Positions 1 to 13,742 of a stretch of 64,000 nt of DNA are shown here, piece after piece. How positions within the stretch are numbered: the stretch's first letter is position 1; each line of letters starts with the position of its first letter. Both the position numbers and the translations under genes were made by a program. Source of the DNA: Azolla caroliniana. Taxonomy: Eukaryota > Plantae > Polypodiophyta. The stretch covers positions 19,654,001 through 19,718,000 of the forward strand of contig JBHGNT010000009.1 of assembly GCA_043228905.1 (NCBI GenBank). The letters run 5' to 3'. The notes beneath the pieces were generated by a model, which was not told the DNA's origin, did not search any database, and saw only the letters and a list, made by a program, of their open reading frames with translations.

Positions 1-263
1 TGTAGGAGCTCTTAAAGAGCATTGAAGTACGGTCAGTACTTCGGTCAGTCCTTCGAGGACTTGTATAAAAGTGTTCATGGAACACACATATGTATAGAGT
101 AGTGAATCGAGATCTTTTGTTGAATATAGTTCTTGTGTTTTCTCTCTCTCTCACTCTCTCTGTCTCTCCCGCGTATACTGCGTAAGCTCAAGCTCTCCAT
201 TAAACCTGAGTTTTCCTCCTTCTGTTCGGTCTTCATACTTGCTTCCGCACGTTACTTTTTACA
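1..263 (+). repeat. 5' LTR (partial) of copia element 1
   Basis: Ends ...TTTTTACA directly before the PBS; matches the 3' LTR. Confidence 0.95.
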
Positions 264-335
264 TGGTATCAAAGCACGAGGGTTGAGAACCTCTCTGCAG
301 CCGACACAGCTTGACGAAGAAGAACAAGAAGAACG

Positions 336-3300
336 ATGGATAGAGGCATGGCGAGCTCGCTTCCAACAGAGAAGCTCGACAGAACCAACTACGCGTCTTG
401 GTCTTACAAGATGCACCAGTACTTGCTCGGGCACGACTACTGGAGTTATGTCGAAGGAGCTAATGACGCGGCACCCGAATCGACACACAGAGACTTCCCG
501 TCGTGGGAGCAATCGGCGAGCAGGGTATTATACTGCTTCGCGTCGTGTGTGGGCGAACAACTATTGAGCTATGTTCGGGATGCAAAGACGCCGAAGGGTG
601 CGTGGGAAAATCTGAAGAAGATCTTCACCGCGAGCACCACAGCCAGGAAGCTTCAGCTCCGACAGGAGTTGAGCAACCTACGACAACACGACTTGTCGGT
701 GGCAGACTATACCTCGAAGATCAAGGATATCTGCGACTCCCTCGCCTCCATAGAGGTGAACATCGAGGAGAGCGAGAGGGTCCAGATCTGTCTCGGAGGT
801 TTGGCGTCGAAGTTTAGAGCGTTCCGGACGGCTGTGTGTACCCGGGAGAATACGCCTTCCTTTTTTGACTTACAGTCAATGCTCCTGGTAGAGGAGAACC
901 ACGCGGGTGCGTCTACAAGCACGCACACTGACAACAGAATGTTGTACACGGAGGGAGATAGGCCCCGTGGACGTGGAGGACGAGGCGAGTCGGCGTGCAA
1001 TGGAGGCGGCCGACGAGATCAAGGAAGAAGGCACCGAAGTGATGCCGACAGCAACTCCGGACCCTCCGGAAACAGGGGGAGTCGAAGCGATGAGAACCGG
1101 CAAGGGAAGGCCATCGCGGAGTGTTGGTACTGTGGCAAGAAAGGCCACAGGGAAAGTGAGTGCTAGAAGAAGCGCGCCGATTCGGAGAGAACCGGTTCTG
1201 GAAACGGCTCCGAACATACCGACAAGGGAAATCGGCAGCGATACACACTACGCCGAAGACTCCGGGAGAGCCAGAGAAGGGTCTGCCTTCGTGACGAGAC
1301 ACGAAGCAAAGTCAATGAAACGGATCACCCCGAGATCGGACGAGGTGTGGTACGTAGACTCCGGCGCGTCAAACCACATGACGAGCCATAAGGAGTGGTT
1401 CTCGTACCTTGAAAAACTGATACAACCTGGAGTAGTCGCAACTGGAGACGACACTCCGCATCCGATCGCGAATGTCGGAGAAGTTCCCCTTAGCCATGTT
1501 GGGCAGAAAGGGAAACTCATGAACGTGCTACACGTTCCGAAAATCACGAAGAACTTGGTCTCGGTCGGACAGATCGTCGACCAAGGGATGGAGGGTCGGT
1601 TTACACACCTCGGGTGCTTCATTGAGGAAGAAGGCCGTGTGATTGCGCAAGGACGCAGAGACGGGAGGATGTTCATCCTCAACTCCACTTACGGCGGCAC
1701 CGCAATGTTCGCGAAGGGAAGAAAAACCGAGTCAGACATCGACTTGTGGCATAAGCGGATAGGCCACGTCAACTACCAGCGGCTTCAAGATTTGCAATCG
1801 AAACAGGTAGTGTTCGGATTGCCCAAATTTAGTGGCTGAAAGGCACAAATTTGTGAAGCCTGCCAGCTCAGGAAGCAACACCGACTTCCTTTCCCCAACG
1901 AGCAAAACCGGAGCCGGAATAAGCTCGACCTTATACACTCCGATGTATGGGGGCCGGCACAAAATGTTAGTCTTGGCGGGAGCCGATATTTCGTCTCCTT
2001 CATCGATGACCACACGCGGCACACGTGGATCTACCTCATTGAGAGGAAGAGCGAAGTCTTCGACTGTTTCCGGGACCTCAAAGGGTTCGTGGAAACGGAA
2101 ACGGGACGAAAGATCAAGTGCTTGCGGTTAGATGGCAGGAAAGAGTACTTTTCTGGTCAATTCAACGGTTATCTACAACAAATGGGAATTCGGCGCAAAT
2201 TCAGTTGTAGATACACGCTAGAGCAGAACAGCGTGGCCGAGAGGAAGAATCGGTCAGTTGTGGAAGCGGCACAGGCAATGTTGGAGGAGAAGAGCTTGCC
2301 GAAGTTCTACTGGGCCGAGGCGGTAAGGACCGCGGTATACATCCAGAACCGGATCGGAGACAAAGTGTCGGCGCACGAGCTGTATTTCGGAATGAAGCCG
2401 AACTTGCGACACTTGAGGGTGTTCGGTAGCATTGCGTATGTGCATGTACCGAAGGAGAAAAGGTGGAAGTTGGACGCAAAGGCCGAGAAATGCATCTTGG
2501 TCGGTTACTCGGACGAGCAGAAGGGTTATAAGTGCTATAACCCTCGCACCAAACAAGCGCGTCTTAGCCGCGACGTTGTGTTTGACGAGTCCACATCCCG
2601 ACTCCGAACCCCGACTCCAATCCGAGCTCTGACGATGAGGTCAGCGAGGCCGAGATGCCTCCGGATGAGCCCGAAATCGAGACCCGCGAAGAGAGTCCGA
2701 TTTCACTCCGTTTAAGTGAACCGATTGGACGACTGAGTCGGTATGACCAGTCCGATGAAGAGCCGGCGAGTAGTGCAGACTCGGCCGTGCATTCCCCGCG
2801 CAGGAAGCCGAGGAGACGGCTTACGCGCAAAGAGAAAGGGAAAAAGAAGTTGTCGGATTCCGGCACGGATAGGAACGAGTCAGACCGATGCGAGTCCGAC
2901 TCCGAGGGAACCGGTGACGGGTCTTTAAAGGTGAAGACCGCATCGACCGAGAAGGCCTCGACATCGGCTAATGTGAGATTACGCCGATCTACCCGCCAGA
3001 AGAATCTTGTTTTGCGGTTCGGATACAACGAGTACATGGCACATCATTATGCGTACATGACCCGTGTAGCGGAAGTGCGTGAGCCGGAGAGCTATGCAGA
3101 AGCGGCTAAAGACGTGAATTGGCGTGCCGCGATGGAGGAAGAGATGCACGCATTGGCGGAGAACGAGACCTGGGACCTGGTTGACGCACCAAGAGGGGTA
3201 AAACCGATCGGGTGTAGGTGGGTGTACAAGGTCAAGTACAACACCGATGGCTCGATCAACCGGTACAAGGTTCGGCTAGTGGCAAAGGGCTACGCGCAGA

Positions 3301-4793
3301 AACACGGCATCGACTACGATGAGACATTTGCACCGGTCGCGAAAATGACGACCGTCCGTGTTTTGCTCGCAGTAGCTGCGGTGAAGGGGTGGCACTTACA
3401 TCAGATGGATGTAAAGAATGCGTTCCTGCAAGGTGACCTTGAGGAACAGTTGTACATGGTACAGCCCCCCAGATTTCACTCTAGAACAAACTCCTCGGTA
3501 GTATGCCAACTGAAGAAGTCCCTTTACGGACTGAAGCAAGCCCCGCGTGTCTGGAACGCGAAGATCACGCAACAACTGCGTCGGATGGGCTTCGTCACGT
3601 CAAAATCGGACTCTTCCCTGTTCATCCGGAAAGGTCGACTCAGACCGGTTAGTATTTTACTATATGTTGATGACTTGGTCATCACCGGCGCTGACCTACG
3701 TGAAATCGACCGCGTGAAGCTCCAGCTTGCAGCATCATTCGACATGAAGGATCTGGGGGACCTTCATTCCTTCCTCGGGATCGAAGTGATCCGTACCCCC
3801 GAAGGCATATTGATCAGCCAACGTCACTACGTGCTGAGTATGCTCTTCAAATTCGGGATGGCCGACTGTAAGTCAGTCTCGACTCCTCTGGACAGAACCG
3901 TCAAGCTTCGTCCTGATACAGGAACGGTATGCGACCCGACGAGGTTCCGACAAATTGTCGGAAGCCTCATATACTTGACCATCACCCGACCCGACCTCAA
4001 TTATCCGGTCGGAGTGATCAGTCAGTTCATGGCGCGACCTACCGAGGAACACCTTCAGTGTGCGCAACGCTTACTTCGGTATGTCAACGGCACTAAGGAC
4101 CGGGGACTGCTATATCGGACCGGTGCAGCCACGCAATTAGTCGGCTACACCGATGCTAATTGGGCTGGCAACGCCGCCGATCGCCGATCCACATCCGGAT
4201 ACGCGTTCTCCCTCGGGAGTGCCGCGATCGCGTGGAGCAGTAAGAAGCAGCTGACAGTTGCACTGTCAAGCACCGAAGCTGATTACCGAGTAGCGGCTGT
4301 CGCGACATGCGAAGCCATATGGTTGAAGCGGCTACTTAAGGACCTGCAAGAGGAGGTGTCAGATCCGACGACGATCTACTGCGACAACCTCAGCAGCATC
4401 CAGCTCGCGAAAAACCCCGTTTTCCACGCACGGACCAAGCACATTGAGGTGCACTACCATTTCGTCCGTGAGCGTGTCCTTTCCGGTGAAGTCGAACTTC
4501 AATACGTTCCGACGAATCGGCAGACTGTCGACATCTTCACTAAGCCCCTTGGTCTGGACAAGTTGCGGCAATTCTCCGGTGCGCTCGGATTGCGTCACCT
4601 CGACGTGCCAAACTTGAGGGGGAGAACAGTCCCGAACGACCAAGCAAAGCAGCAGGAAAGGAGCGGAGGCCACGACACCGAGTCGGTTGACTCGGCTGTT
4701 GACTCGGTTGTCGAGTTCGACTTCGGATCGGCTGAAGAAGCCGAGGGCGGACCCGCGGAAAAGTCCGAAAGCGAACAGAAGGGGAGCAGCTGA
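336..4793 (+). pseudogene. copia gag-pol polyprotein with stops and frameshifts
   Basis: Gag with Zn knuckle CWYCGKKGHRESEC ending in TAG at 1164-1166; protease WYVDSGASNHM; GAG-pre LWHKRIGH; integrase AERKNR; RT QMDVKNAFL and LYVDD; RNase H YCDN and TKHIEV. Split across ORFs 336-1166, 907-1839, 2089-2715 and 2655-4793. Confidence 0.95.
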
Positions 4794-5165
4794 AGGAGAG
4801 AGCTGAAACCAACCACACATGGGGAAGATGACGCCACCAAGGGCGAGAAGACCGAAGACGAGTTGGAGACAGCCAACTCGGACGGGAGCGAAAACCGATC
4901 GAAGGTAGCCGAGTCGGTTCGGATGTTTGATTCAGATACGCTGAATCAACCGAGGCCCAAGCGGAAGAAAAGGCAACAGGAGAAGCGTCAACACCACAAC
5001 AGCAGAAGAGTTGATAAGGGCCGCATGAGCAGACAAGCCGACCGGAAGGGTCGAAGCGCGCGGAGTCGAACAGGTTGAGGAGCGCGAGCGAGGCGTGAAG
5101 CCATGAGGAACCGGAGCTGTGAGCCCGAGGATCCCGAAGAGCCTCGAGTTGAGCTTGACGGGGAG

Positions 5166-5568
5166 TGTTGAGAGACAAGCTCAACATCGGCCGGATCGGC
5201 TGAAGAAGCCAAGGACCGGATCGGTTGGGACCGATCAGTTAGGCCGAGTGCGTAAACCGGGAGGCCGTTAGGAAAGATATTCCGTGAGGAATATATTTGG
5301 GAGTTAGTGTAGGAGCTCTTAAAGAGCATTGAAGTACGGTGAGTACTTCGGTCAGTCCTTCAAGGACTTGTATAAAAGTGTTCATGGAACACACATATGT
5401 ATAGAGTAGTGAATCGAGATCTTTTGTTGAATATAGTTCTTGTATTTTCTCTCTCTCACTCTCTCTGTCTCTCCCGCGTATACTGCATAAGCTCAAGCTC
5501 TCCATTAAACCTGAGTTTTCTTCCTTCTGTTTGGTCTTCATACTTGCTTCCGCACGTTACTTTTTACA
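5166..5568 (+). repeat. 3' LTR of copia element 1
   Basis: TG...CA ends, follows the purine tract, matches 1-263. Confidence 0.95.
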
Positions 5569-5986
5569 GTGGTCTTAATGGCCACTCGACTCACCTACAC
5601 TGCATGCTTCATTCTTCTCTTTTTATCTCTTGCTCAAACCCATGGCCAACCCGAGGTTGCCACCATTATTACCACTCAAACCCCTCTAAAGCTTGTAAAA
5701 CCCTACTCTAAAAGGGTTATTATTCAATCTAATCGTAGAAGTCTTTGTTCTAAAACCGTGTTTGTAGTATTAATCTTCCACAACAGTTTAGTTCGCTTGC
5801 ATGAAACCATGTGATTCCATGTTTCGTGAGCGTTTCCCCCTCACTACATTCCTCTAACCTTCGTTGTCTTCAGTTTCACCGACTTCTAGTCTCCTCTGCG
5901 ACTAGTTCTCTATAAGTTTCTTTGACTAAGAATCCTATGACTATTTGATTTTTCAACTAGTCTACTCTTAATTAAGTTTGTCTGGC

Positions 5987-6107
5987 AAGAGAGTTCGACA
6001 AGAAAAGAGCGTTCAACAAGACAAGAGTGTCCAACAATACGAGAGCGTCCGGCAAGGCCCGAGCGTCCGATAAGACAAAAGTGCGTAGCAATACAAGAGT
6101 GTCCGAC
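5987..6107. repeat. degenerate ~18-bp minisatellite (AAGACAAGAGTGTCCGAC-like, about 6-7 copies)
   Basis: Periodic AAGAG-yGT-yC-rAC units visible. Confidence 0.6.
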
Positions 6108-7271
6108 TAAGAACTAGAACGCTCATCTAGAACATGCAACTAGAGTGTTCGACTAGAGCATTCATCTAGACCCTTTGACTAGCCTCCTCCATCTTTTCAA
6201 CTCCCAGGTCCAAGACCCTCGTGGTTCCGCGCAAGTAGGGAATGCGCGCACTCACGTGACAACCTATGATGAGTTAGCAGGTTCCACAATCCATTTACAT
6301 GTATATTCATTATCCATGCAAGACATCTTAGTAATAATCAGGTGTGGTATTAATTATGCGAGATAAATATTATCATCAAGTTGTGCATAATGATCCTTAT
6401 GGTTAGTTTTTGGTTATAAAAATCACTTATTTTGGTCAGGTTGTATGGTTGGTGGGAATTTATGCCCCTAAGTAGGCCACTCAATGTATTGCATTATACG
6501 ACTCACTCCTTCAGACCCTATTTGTGGGTCGCCCAAGATTACTTATAAGTGATTTTAACATGTGTTGATGCATTACAATCTACGTCACAACAATCAATCA
6601 TGGATGATCTTGAACAAACTACTTGCGTTTTATTGGTTGTGGAGGTTCTTAAGTTTGATGTATGGATATGATTGCATGGAAATGATTTAGGTTTTACTTC
6701 CAAATTACAAAACATAAATAAACATACAGTCGGCTGGATAGAATGCATCAATGTGATAGTTTATAGTCGTTGCCAAAAATACCTATAATTGGGTGAGATG
6801 CATAATAATTTTTGTGCTTCAACAAACTCCAAAATCCTTTGAGATCAAACCTCAATTATATATTCTACCTCTTTGACTCCCAAATGAAACAATCGATGAA
6901 ATTGAGAGTGCAATATCTCCTTTCTAGGCCAACACAAAAGTTTAGAAGACATGTCAAGTGACTCTTTTTGCAAAGAATTACAATGTTGTCCACTAGATGA
7001 TGTAACTTGTAAGAATGTTTTCCAATTAAGGATTTATACATGTCAATTACATTATTACAAACCTCCAAACAAATAGGGAAGTGGTACAAAATTTCCATAT
7101 CTCGTCGAATTGGCATATTAAGTGATGTTGGTAAAAAAGAATGATCATCAAGCATTAAATGTCATTTTTATAAGTGACTACTACTCTCTTATATCATTGC
7201 TCCATTGAGTCTCTCCATTGAGTATCATCTAAGGTTGCACAAGAATGGAAAGTACATAACTCTCATTATGG

Positions 7272-7523
7272 ATGGTGGAAACTCTTAAACAATGTTGGCA
7301 TTCTAAAGTGTCACCCGTAGCAAAGGTCTTCATTTGGAGAGTTTTGATTGGGGATTTGGCTTTGGGATTAGCTCTAAAGCAACATGTACCAACAACAAAC
7401 AATTGCTTCTTTTGCACTGTTCAAAAGGAAAATAACACTCATCGTTTCATACAATGTCTAATTGCTTGTCATATTTGGAGTTACATTTCTCAATTTGACA
7501 AGTTTTGTCAAGGTGTTATTTGA
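7272..7523 (+). pseudogene. L1-type LINE ORF2 C-terminal zinc-binding (zf-RVT-like) remnant
   Basis: WHSKVSPVAKVFIWRVL...CFFC...ENNTHRFIQC..ACHIW fits the W..K.P.K...F.W / C..C...E...H....C motif of plant LINEs. Confidence 0.8.
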
Positions 7524-8019
7524 CACCAAGACAATGGGTATTTGCACAATTTACACAAGTCGACCCAAAATCATAGATAGAGATCGTTTTCCTATTTATG
7601 AGATATTGGGGATTGAACTGTAATTGGGATATGTGCAATGCATTTTTGTATTTGATGGTAGGCATGGAGTCAAAGCATATCTATGAAAGTTGAAGGGCGT
7701 ACTAATTTAACAATTTTCTTAATTGGTGTAAGTAAAAATTATTTCCTCAGTCGAGTGTTCATCTTGTCTATTGGCAATTGGTGACTATACTCAATCCTAA
7801 TGCCTAGTGTAAATAGTGTTTTTTACACATTTATTAATATAATTGTGTGTTTTCACCAGGGAGAGAGAGAGAGAGAGAGATACCCATACAAAAGCTTGCT
7901 TGCATCAAAGAATACCTACATTCAACCCTATAGGAGTACTTGCATATTTTTTACAAACATGGAAAGTATGCTTGCATCAAAACATACCTACATTCCCTAA
8001 TGTGATTTAAATGAGAATA

Positions 8020-8285
8020 CTTGCATATCCTTATCAAATAAGGATTGATTTACTTGAATTCATGATTGCCACATGAACCTCTATACCAAAGCAAAAGATG
8101 GAAATTATGTGGTAGTATCAAAGTATACCTACATTGCTTGCATATCTTTATCAAACAAGGATTGATTAGCTAGAATTCTTGGTTGCCACATGAACTGTTA
8201 TACCATAAAAAAAGATTTAACGAGCACGGATTGATTTACTAGAATTTTTGGTTGTGACATGAACCTCTATAACATAGCAAAAGAA
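8020..8285. repeat. three degenerate ~80-115-bp tandem copies (GGATTGATT...CACATGAAC...TATAC)
   Basis: Shared blocks near 8042, 8159 and 8228. Confidence 0.6.
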
Positions 8286-8966
8286 GTTTCAAGTTGTAAC
8301 ATCATACATATATGCATTTATGATACTTTTAATGCACAATTCTCCTTTCAATAGGAACAACGAGCAAGTTTGCATTTTTTACATGATACTTTATATTTGT
8401 TTAGTATTAAAAATCAAATCAAACAATCTCAAATTAATTGATTCATTTACTTCACATCATATAACTATCATTATAACCTCGATGTTTGATGGAAACTCCT
8501 AGAGAAATTTGATTTTATGGAAACTTTGTTCCATTACAACAACTCTTTTAGGATGATACGACCTATTTTGATCACAAGTCATTTTCATATGTTTTTAATT
8601 ACAAATTATACATCGTGTGCAATCTAATTCATAATGTCTAGTACATTTTTTGAGAAGTGTATCCTTTTCCACCAAAAAAAGAGCCTTCCTCATAGGTATC
8701 GGCAACGGCTCAGCTCAAGCCTAAACCATTTAGCTCAATCGGTTTTAAACGATTTAGCGGCTTAGTGGCTCGACTCAACTCTGTTTAGGCTTGAGCCTAC
8801 CTAAACGGTTTGAGCTGACAATTAGAAGTTAGAAGTTAGAACTTGAAAGTTGACAGTTAGAAGTTAGACTAACAAGAAGCCATCGGCAACAAACTGTTGA
8901 GTGACGAGAGAGGGAGGAACAAAGAGGGAGAGGGAGCTTGTATAGTGGATGATCAGAGGACCTCCT

Positions 8967-9640
8967 TGTTATATACACTCTTTGGAAAAGGATTGGATCA
9001 CCGAGAGTGACATGTCATAGCCTCTCAGAGCTCGTGCTTGTGAGTGGCGGGAAGCAGGGGATTCGTGGATGTCAGCTAACCAATCATAGTAGTCTATGGA
9101 GAGGGTGTTGAGAAACAGGTCCCTCCGGATGAGCCAGATCGGACTAGCCGCAAGAAGGAACCGGACCAAATGGGTTTGGAAGGTATCCAGATACCGGATC
9201 AGATGGATCTGGAAGGAGTCCAACCAGATCCGGTATGAACCAGATAGTAAGAACATATTTGTAAATATGTTCAAACGTGACCGTTGAGGTCATATTTATA
9301 AATAGCCTGTAAGTTATATGAATATAAATATAACTAAGGCAAATAGTGTTTTGTGTAAGGTTGTTATTATTATTGTTGTACAAATAAAGAGGGGGAAAGA
9401 GAAACATAAAGTATTTTCTGTTGTAACCGCTGATTGGCAAAGATATAGAGCTCGAGGTCGTTGCCTCTAAGTCTTGCATTGTTCCCTTCCTCTCATAGTG
9501 ATAGTTGGAGTCTGTGAGCTCCTATAGTTTTTTCCTGATTAGGGTTTTCCACGTTAATATCTTGTGTCTGTCTTATTTTGATTTTCTGTTTTTCTTCCAT
9601 TGAGTGTTTAAGACTCAGTTGCGGCCGAGCTCTATTCCAC
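8967..9640 (+). mobile_element. probable solo LTR or LTR fragment
   Basis: Starts TGTTA, has TATAAATA near 9297 and the GGGTTTTCCACGT motif common in plant LTRs. No TSD or second copy found. Confidence 0.4.
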
Positions 9641-9775
9641 ACAGAGGGAGTCGTGGAGGTGGGACTTGGAGTTAAATTTAGACTCATTGATGGTAAGGCC
9701 GAGAGGGTAGGAGTTATGAGGATGGGTTCTTTGTTTGACATTAAATTCTCTCATATTTATATAAAATCTTTAATC

Positions 9776-10173
9776 AACGTCTGCCTAATGTGAAAAACTA
9801 CCATAATATAGACACCACGATTTCTTGGCCATCATTGAACGGGGAGGGTGGGGTCCCATGGAAATCCACCCTCAAGTCTAGACAACAATATTTATAGCAT
9901 CAAGAAAACAAGGAAATCATAAAACTTCAAACGGGTCCCAGCCTCCAATAATAAGAAACATGAATTTGGTTAATATGAGTTGAATCATAAAAGCCACTCA
10001 ATACATAACATAATATTGATATAATGAATCTTTGGATGGTGAAATGCAGAGGGAGAACATTCAAAAAGTGCCACTAGTTACTATGTACAAGTCTGAATAT
10101 AGTATATAAATAAACATCTGCCTAATGTGAATAACTACCATAATATAGACACCACGATTTCATGGCCATCATT

Positions 10174-10206
<33 letters not shown>

Positions 10207-10450
10207 GGTCCCATGGAAATCCACCCTCAAGTCTAGACAACAATATTTAGACCATCAAGAAAACAAGGAAATCATAAAACTTCAAACAGGTCCCAGCTTC
10301 CAATAATAAGAAACATGAATTTGGTTAATCTGAGTTGAATCGTGAAAGCCACTCAATATAACATTATATTTATATAATGAATCTTTGGATGGTGAAATGC
10401 AGAGGGAGAACATTCAAAAAGTGCCGCTAGTTACTATGTACAAGTCCGAA
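9776..10450. repeat. tandem duplication of ~330 bp covering the stop codon and 3' UTR of the CCR-like gene
   Basis: 9776-10097 and 10113-10450 align closely. The second copy has an expanded (TG)n(G)n tract. Confidence 0.9.
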
Positions 10451-13442
10451 CAAACCATCATTGCAATTTGTTCCTTGCGTTTCAATTGAAGAATAACCAC
10501 AGCTGACTTGGAGACTTTTCAACTTCTCGTTGGACAACACACAAGGGTTGAATGATTCCAATCTGCAACACCATTTTGTACACGACATAGCAATGTCATT
10601 GACAGCAACTCAAAGAATGTATAAATCTTGAGCTTTTGACATTTATAAATATTTTTCAACAGAAACAGACAATATATGATAGAAAAATAGATATGAATTA
10701 ATATTTCCATTAACACTTATAAACTCTGGTGTTTTCTTAATGCTTCCAATAATAGAGGGATTAGAATGTGATAGATACAAATGAATGTTCCTGAACATTC
10801 CTAAAATGTTGTTGGCATTTTCACATGATTCCGAGCATGAAAATGGGATTCTAGGATGATTAATAAAGAATTGTTTTTCCTATTCAAGGAGAAACATGAC
10901 AGCTTAATACCACTAAATATAGAGGAGAGAATACATACCTCTTTGCGGCCATGGGATAGTTCGGATACATTTGGTTTGCTGCTTCCACAATGTCTGCTTT
11001 GCTTAGCAACTTTTCAAAACAAATGTATCTCCCTGAAGCTCCTTCAGCTTGATAAGTTAATATATGTGCCTTTGCCAAATCGTCGACATACACAAAAGCA
11101 AAGATACCACTCTGATCCAATAGACGCTGTAAATTGTTGTTGACCAATACATTAGTTTTCGATCTCGCCAATACCGTTGCAGGATTCATGACAATAAGAT
11201 CAAGCCCCTTGTCCCTCGCCAGAGCCCATGCTGCTTTCTCTGCCAGTGTTTTGCACAGTGCCGACCATAGCTGCAAAATTCACACAAAAAGTGTACATTT
11301 TCTTCAAAAAGAACTTTGAATGTACAATGGTGATATGAAAAGATGCAAAAAACCATATGAGTTTAATGTCACAGTTTTTTGCATTATTCAAAAATCCCTG
11401 GCCTCATAATCATAGAGCCCAAGTTCATAGTATAAATAATTTTTTGGATGATGCTATGTTTCCAAAGAGGAACGGCTTCTGATGGATATGTTCTTGAAAA
11501 GCAGGCGATTGATATGTTAATATAAATTACTTTCATGACACATGCATGTAATGGGATGTCATATGCAGTTCCATAGATTGGGTAATCTGAGCAGCAATCA
11601 TATGACCGACCAGACATGTGAGAAGCAAGTTATAAAACTGGGGATAAAAGAAGATCCCATAAATTGTAGTATACTTTAGCGCACACAGTACCTTCTTTTT
11701 CCTGCAAAAATCAAGATCGGTCCAGTTCTTCTCATCTAAAACAACACTCGTCTCTTCCAAGTAGTATTGCCGGTCCCAAAGAATCGTGGAGAGACAAGAG
11801 GTGAGCACAAGCTTTGTTACAGAATGAGTGTTAGCGCAAGCCTCCACCACATTTAGAACCCCTCCCACTTCATTATCAATTGTCTCCTTCTGCATTAATT
11901 AAAGAGATTCATCCAACTAAATAACCATCCACATCCAAGTTCAATGTGATGCACTTCCTAAAAAGAAGTTCAATTATGCCTAAGAACTTACATGAGAAAA
12001 GAATCAAAAGCATGAAAGTATTATATCTGCAAGATAAAAGAAGTGTCCTAAAAAACAATATGCTAAAATTATACAAAAGGATTGAGAAAAGAACAAAATG
12101 AAATGTGGAAGGGAGGATGTGGATACCGGGTAATCTCTGGCACCATTGATGTCATAGTTGGGAGAAGGAACATAAAATACACCATTACATCCATGGAAAA
12201 TCTCAGAGAGGTTGCCATAATCCAAGACATCCACTGTGCTTATCTCCAAATGATCATTAGCTCCTGGAATGTCCAGAAGGACGGTAACTTCTTCTGCAAA
12301 TCACCATACGAACTATTATAAGATATATTGAACAGGAATTGCAGGAAACCATGCACAAAGTGCAACGTAACATGCATCTCCAACACACCATAGGGGGAAT
12401 GTAAGTGTCATGACAGTATGCATCTGGAAAGGATGGAAAAAAGAAATGCATGAGAACTTCTAACTAAACAGAAACGAAGGCATATGATGCAGATGCAAAC
12501 CAAGTTTTCAATAGAATTTAGGGGCAAAAGCATACAGAGAAGAATGAGGAACAAACGATAAATAGACAACATAGCAGCAAAGCAATATAGGGATAATCGC
12601 AAGATTGGATGTTCTGCAAATTATAAGAACATGGTTTCTCAAACGTAATAAGAGTTCTTCTTTAGCTATTCTTGAATTAATTGACTGTGATAGTGTGTCA
12701 CTGATGCATTGTGGAAACAAATAGATTTGGGCTCTTTCCACTAAAAACATGAATTAAGATACTACATGTACCATATTCCAACTATATTCATATGAGTTAC
12801 GTGCCTAGACTAGCAAAAACATCAATCTCGTTATACCAAATGAAAGGGGAAACAGAAAATGGAAAATGATGACTCCGCCACTACAATTACGAGAAACTAA
12901 CTTTGCCTCCATTAGTGCATAATCAGACACAAACTTGCTCTTACATTAAATTTTAGTATCAATGCTTAATTACACAAGTTTAACCATCAACCTATATTTT
13001 GTAAGAGGTCAGAAATACATCAATTTTCATTTGAACATGCTCACTTCGAAATTAAATAGCTATATGAGAAAAGAACTAGTGATATTGTTTGTGTATGTGT
13101 ACGGATACTTATGTACACATCTGCATTTGTATGTCTGAGTGTGTATGTATGCATGAGTGTGTGCGTATGTGTGTATGTGTATATGAATGTATGCAGGTAT
13201 ATGTATGTATATGAATGTATGCTTGGACGTGTTAAGGACCTACCAGCAGTGTGTGGAATGGTTGATCTGACACTGTAGCCTTCCTGCAAGAGAAGCTTAA
13301 CGAGCCAAGTTCCAAGAGAGGCACAGCTACCGGTGACACAGACCAATTCGTCATCATGGTTAATTGTATGAGATGTGCTTCTGCGGCTGGATATGGACGA
13401 GATTAATGAAGGTCGGGGAATTGAAAGCTTATGCAGCACCAT
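10427..13442 (-). CDS. cinnamoyl-CoA reductase-like (SNL6-type) atypical extended SDR, 343 aa; exons 13442-13244, 12293-12127, 11889-11692, 11270-10939, 10562-10427
   Basis: All introns are GT-AG with consistent phases (1,0,0,2), giving a 1032-nt open CDS. Motifs VCVTG..LG.WLV..LL..GY.V, V.KLVLTS, DEKNWTD, KTLAEKAAW, V.VDDLAKAHI, ASGRYIC, LSNEKLKSL. Confidence 0.93.
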
Positions 13443-13497
13443 AATAATATATATTTGAAGATTGAAGAAGAAAGAGCAGCAACAATCAAACGGGAAG

Positions 13498-13498
<1 letters not shown>

Positions 13499-13552
<54 letters not shown>

Positions 13553-13742
13553 AGGATGCAGAAGCTTTGCCGTAATATTGATATCCCCGATTGCAGAAGC
13601 TTTGCTATAAAGAAGCAACGAGGATATATTTGATGTGAACTAGCAGATCTACTTCTCCCTCCTCCTCATCATCATCATCTTCTTCTTCTGCTGCTGAAAT
13701 TTCTTCTTCTTCTTCTTCTTCTTCTTCTTCTTCTTCTTCTTC
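13499..13742. repeat. (GA)n and (CTT)n microsatellites in the 5' region of the CCR-like gene
   Basis: Seen directly at 13499-13549 and 13703-13742. Confidence 0.9.

Larger units (their letters stand above)
1..5568 (+). mobile_element. Ty1/copia LTR retrotransposon, near full length but decayed; the 5' LTR is cut by the window edge
   Basis: 1-263 matches 5308-5568 (about 6 substitutions plus a CT-repeat indel). PBS TGGTATCAAAGC at 264-275 (iMet type). Purine tract just before TGTTG at 5166. Domain order gag-PR-INT-RT-RH. Confidence 0.97.

Noticed and set aside
1164-1166. Programmed stop read-through after copia gag
   Set aside because: TAG fits a TGG>TAG mutation, there is no CARYYA context, and the element has other lesions.
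8700-8870. Inverted CTCAAGCCTAAAC/GTTTAGGCTTGAG pair and GTTAGAA repeats as a MITE
   Set aside because: No defined termini or TSD; too degenerate to call.
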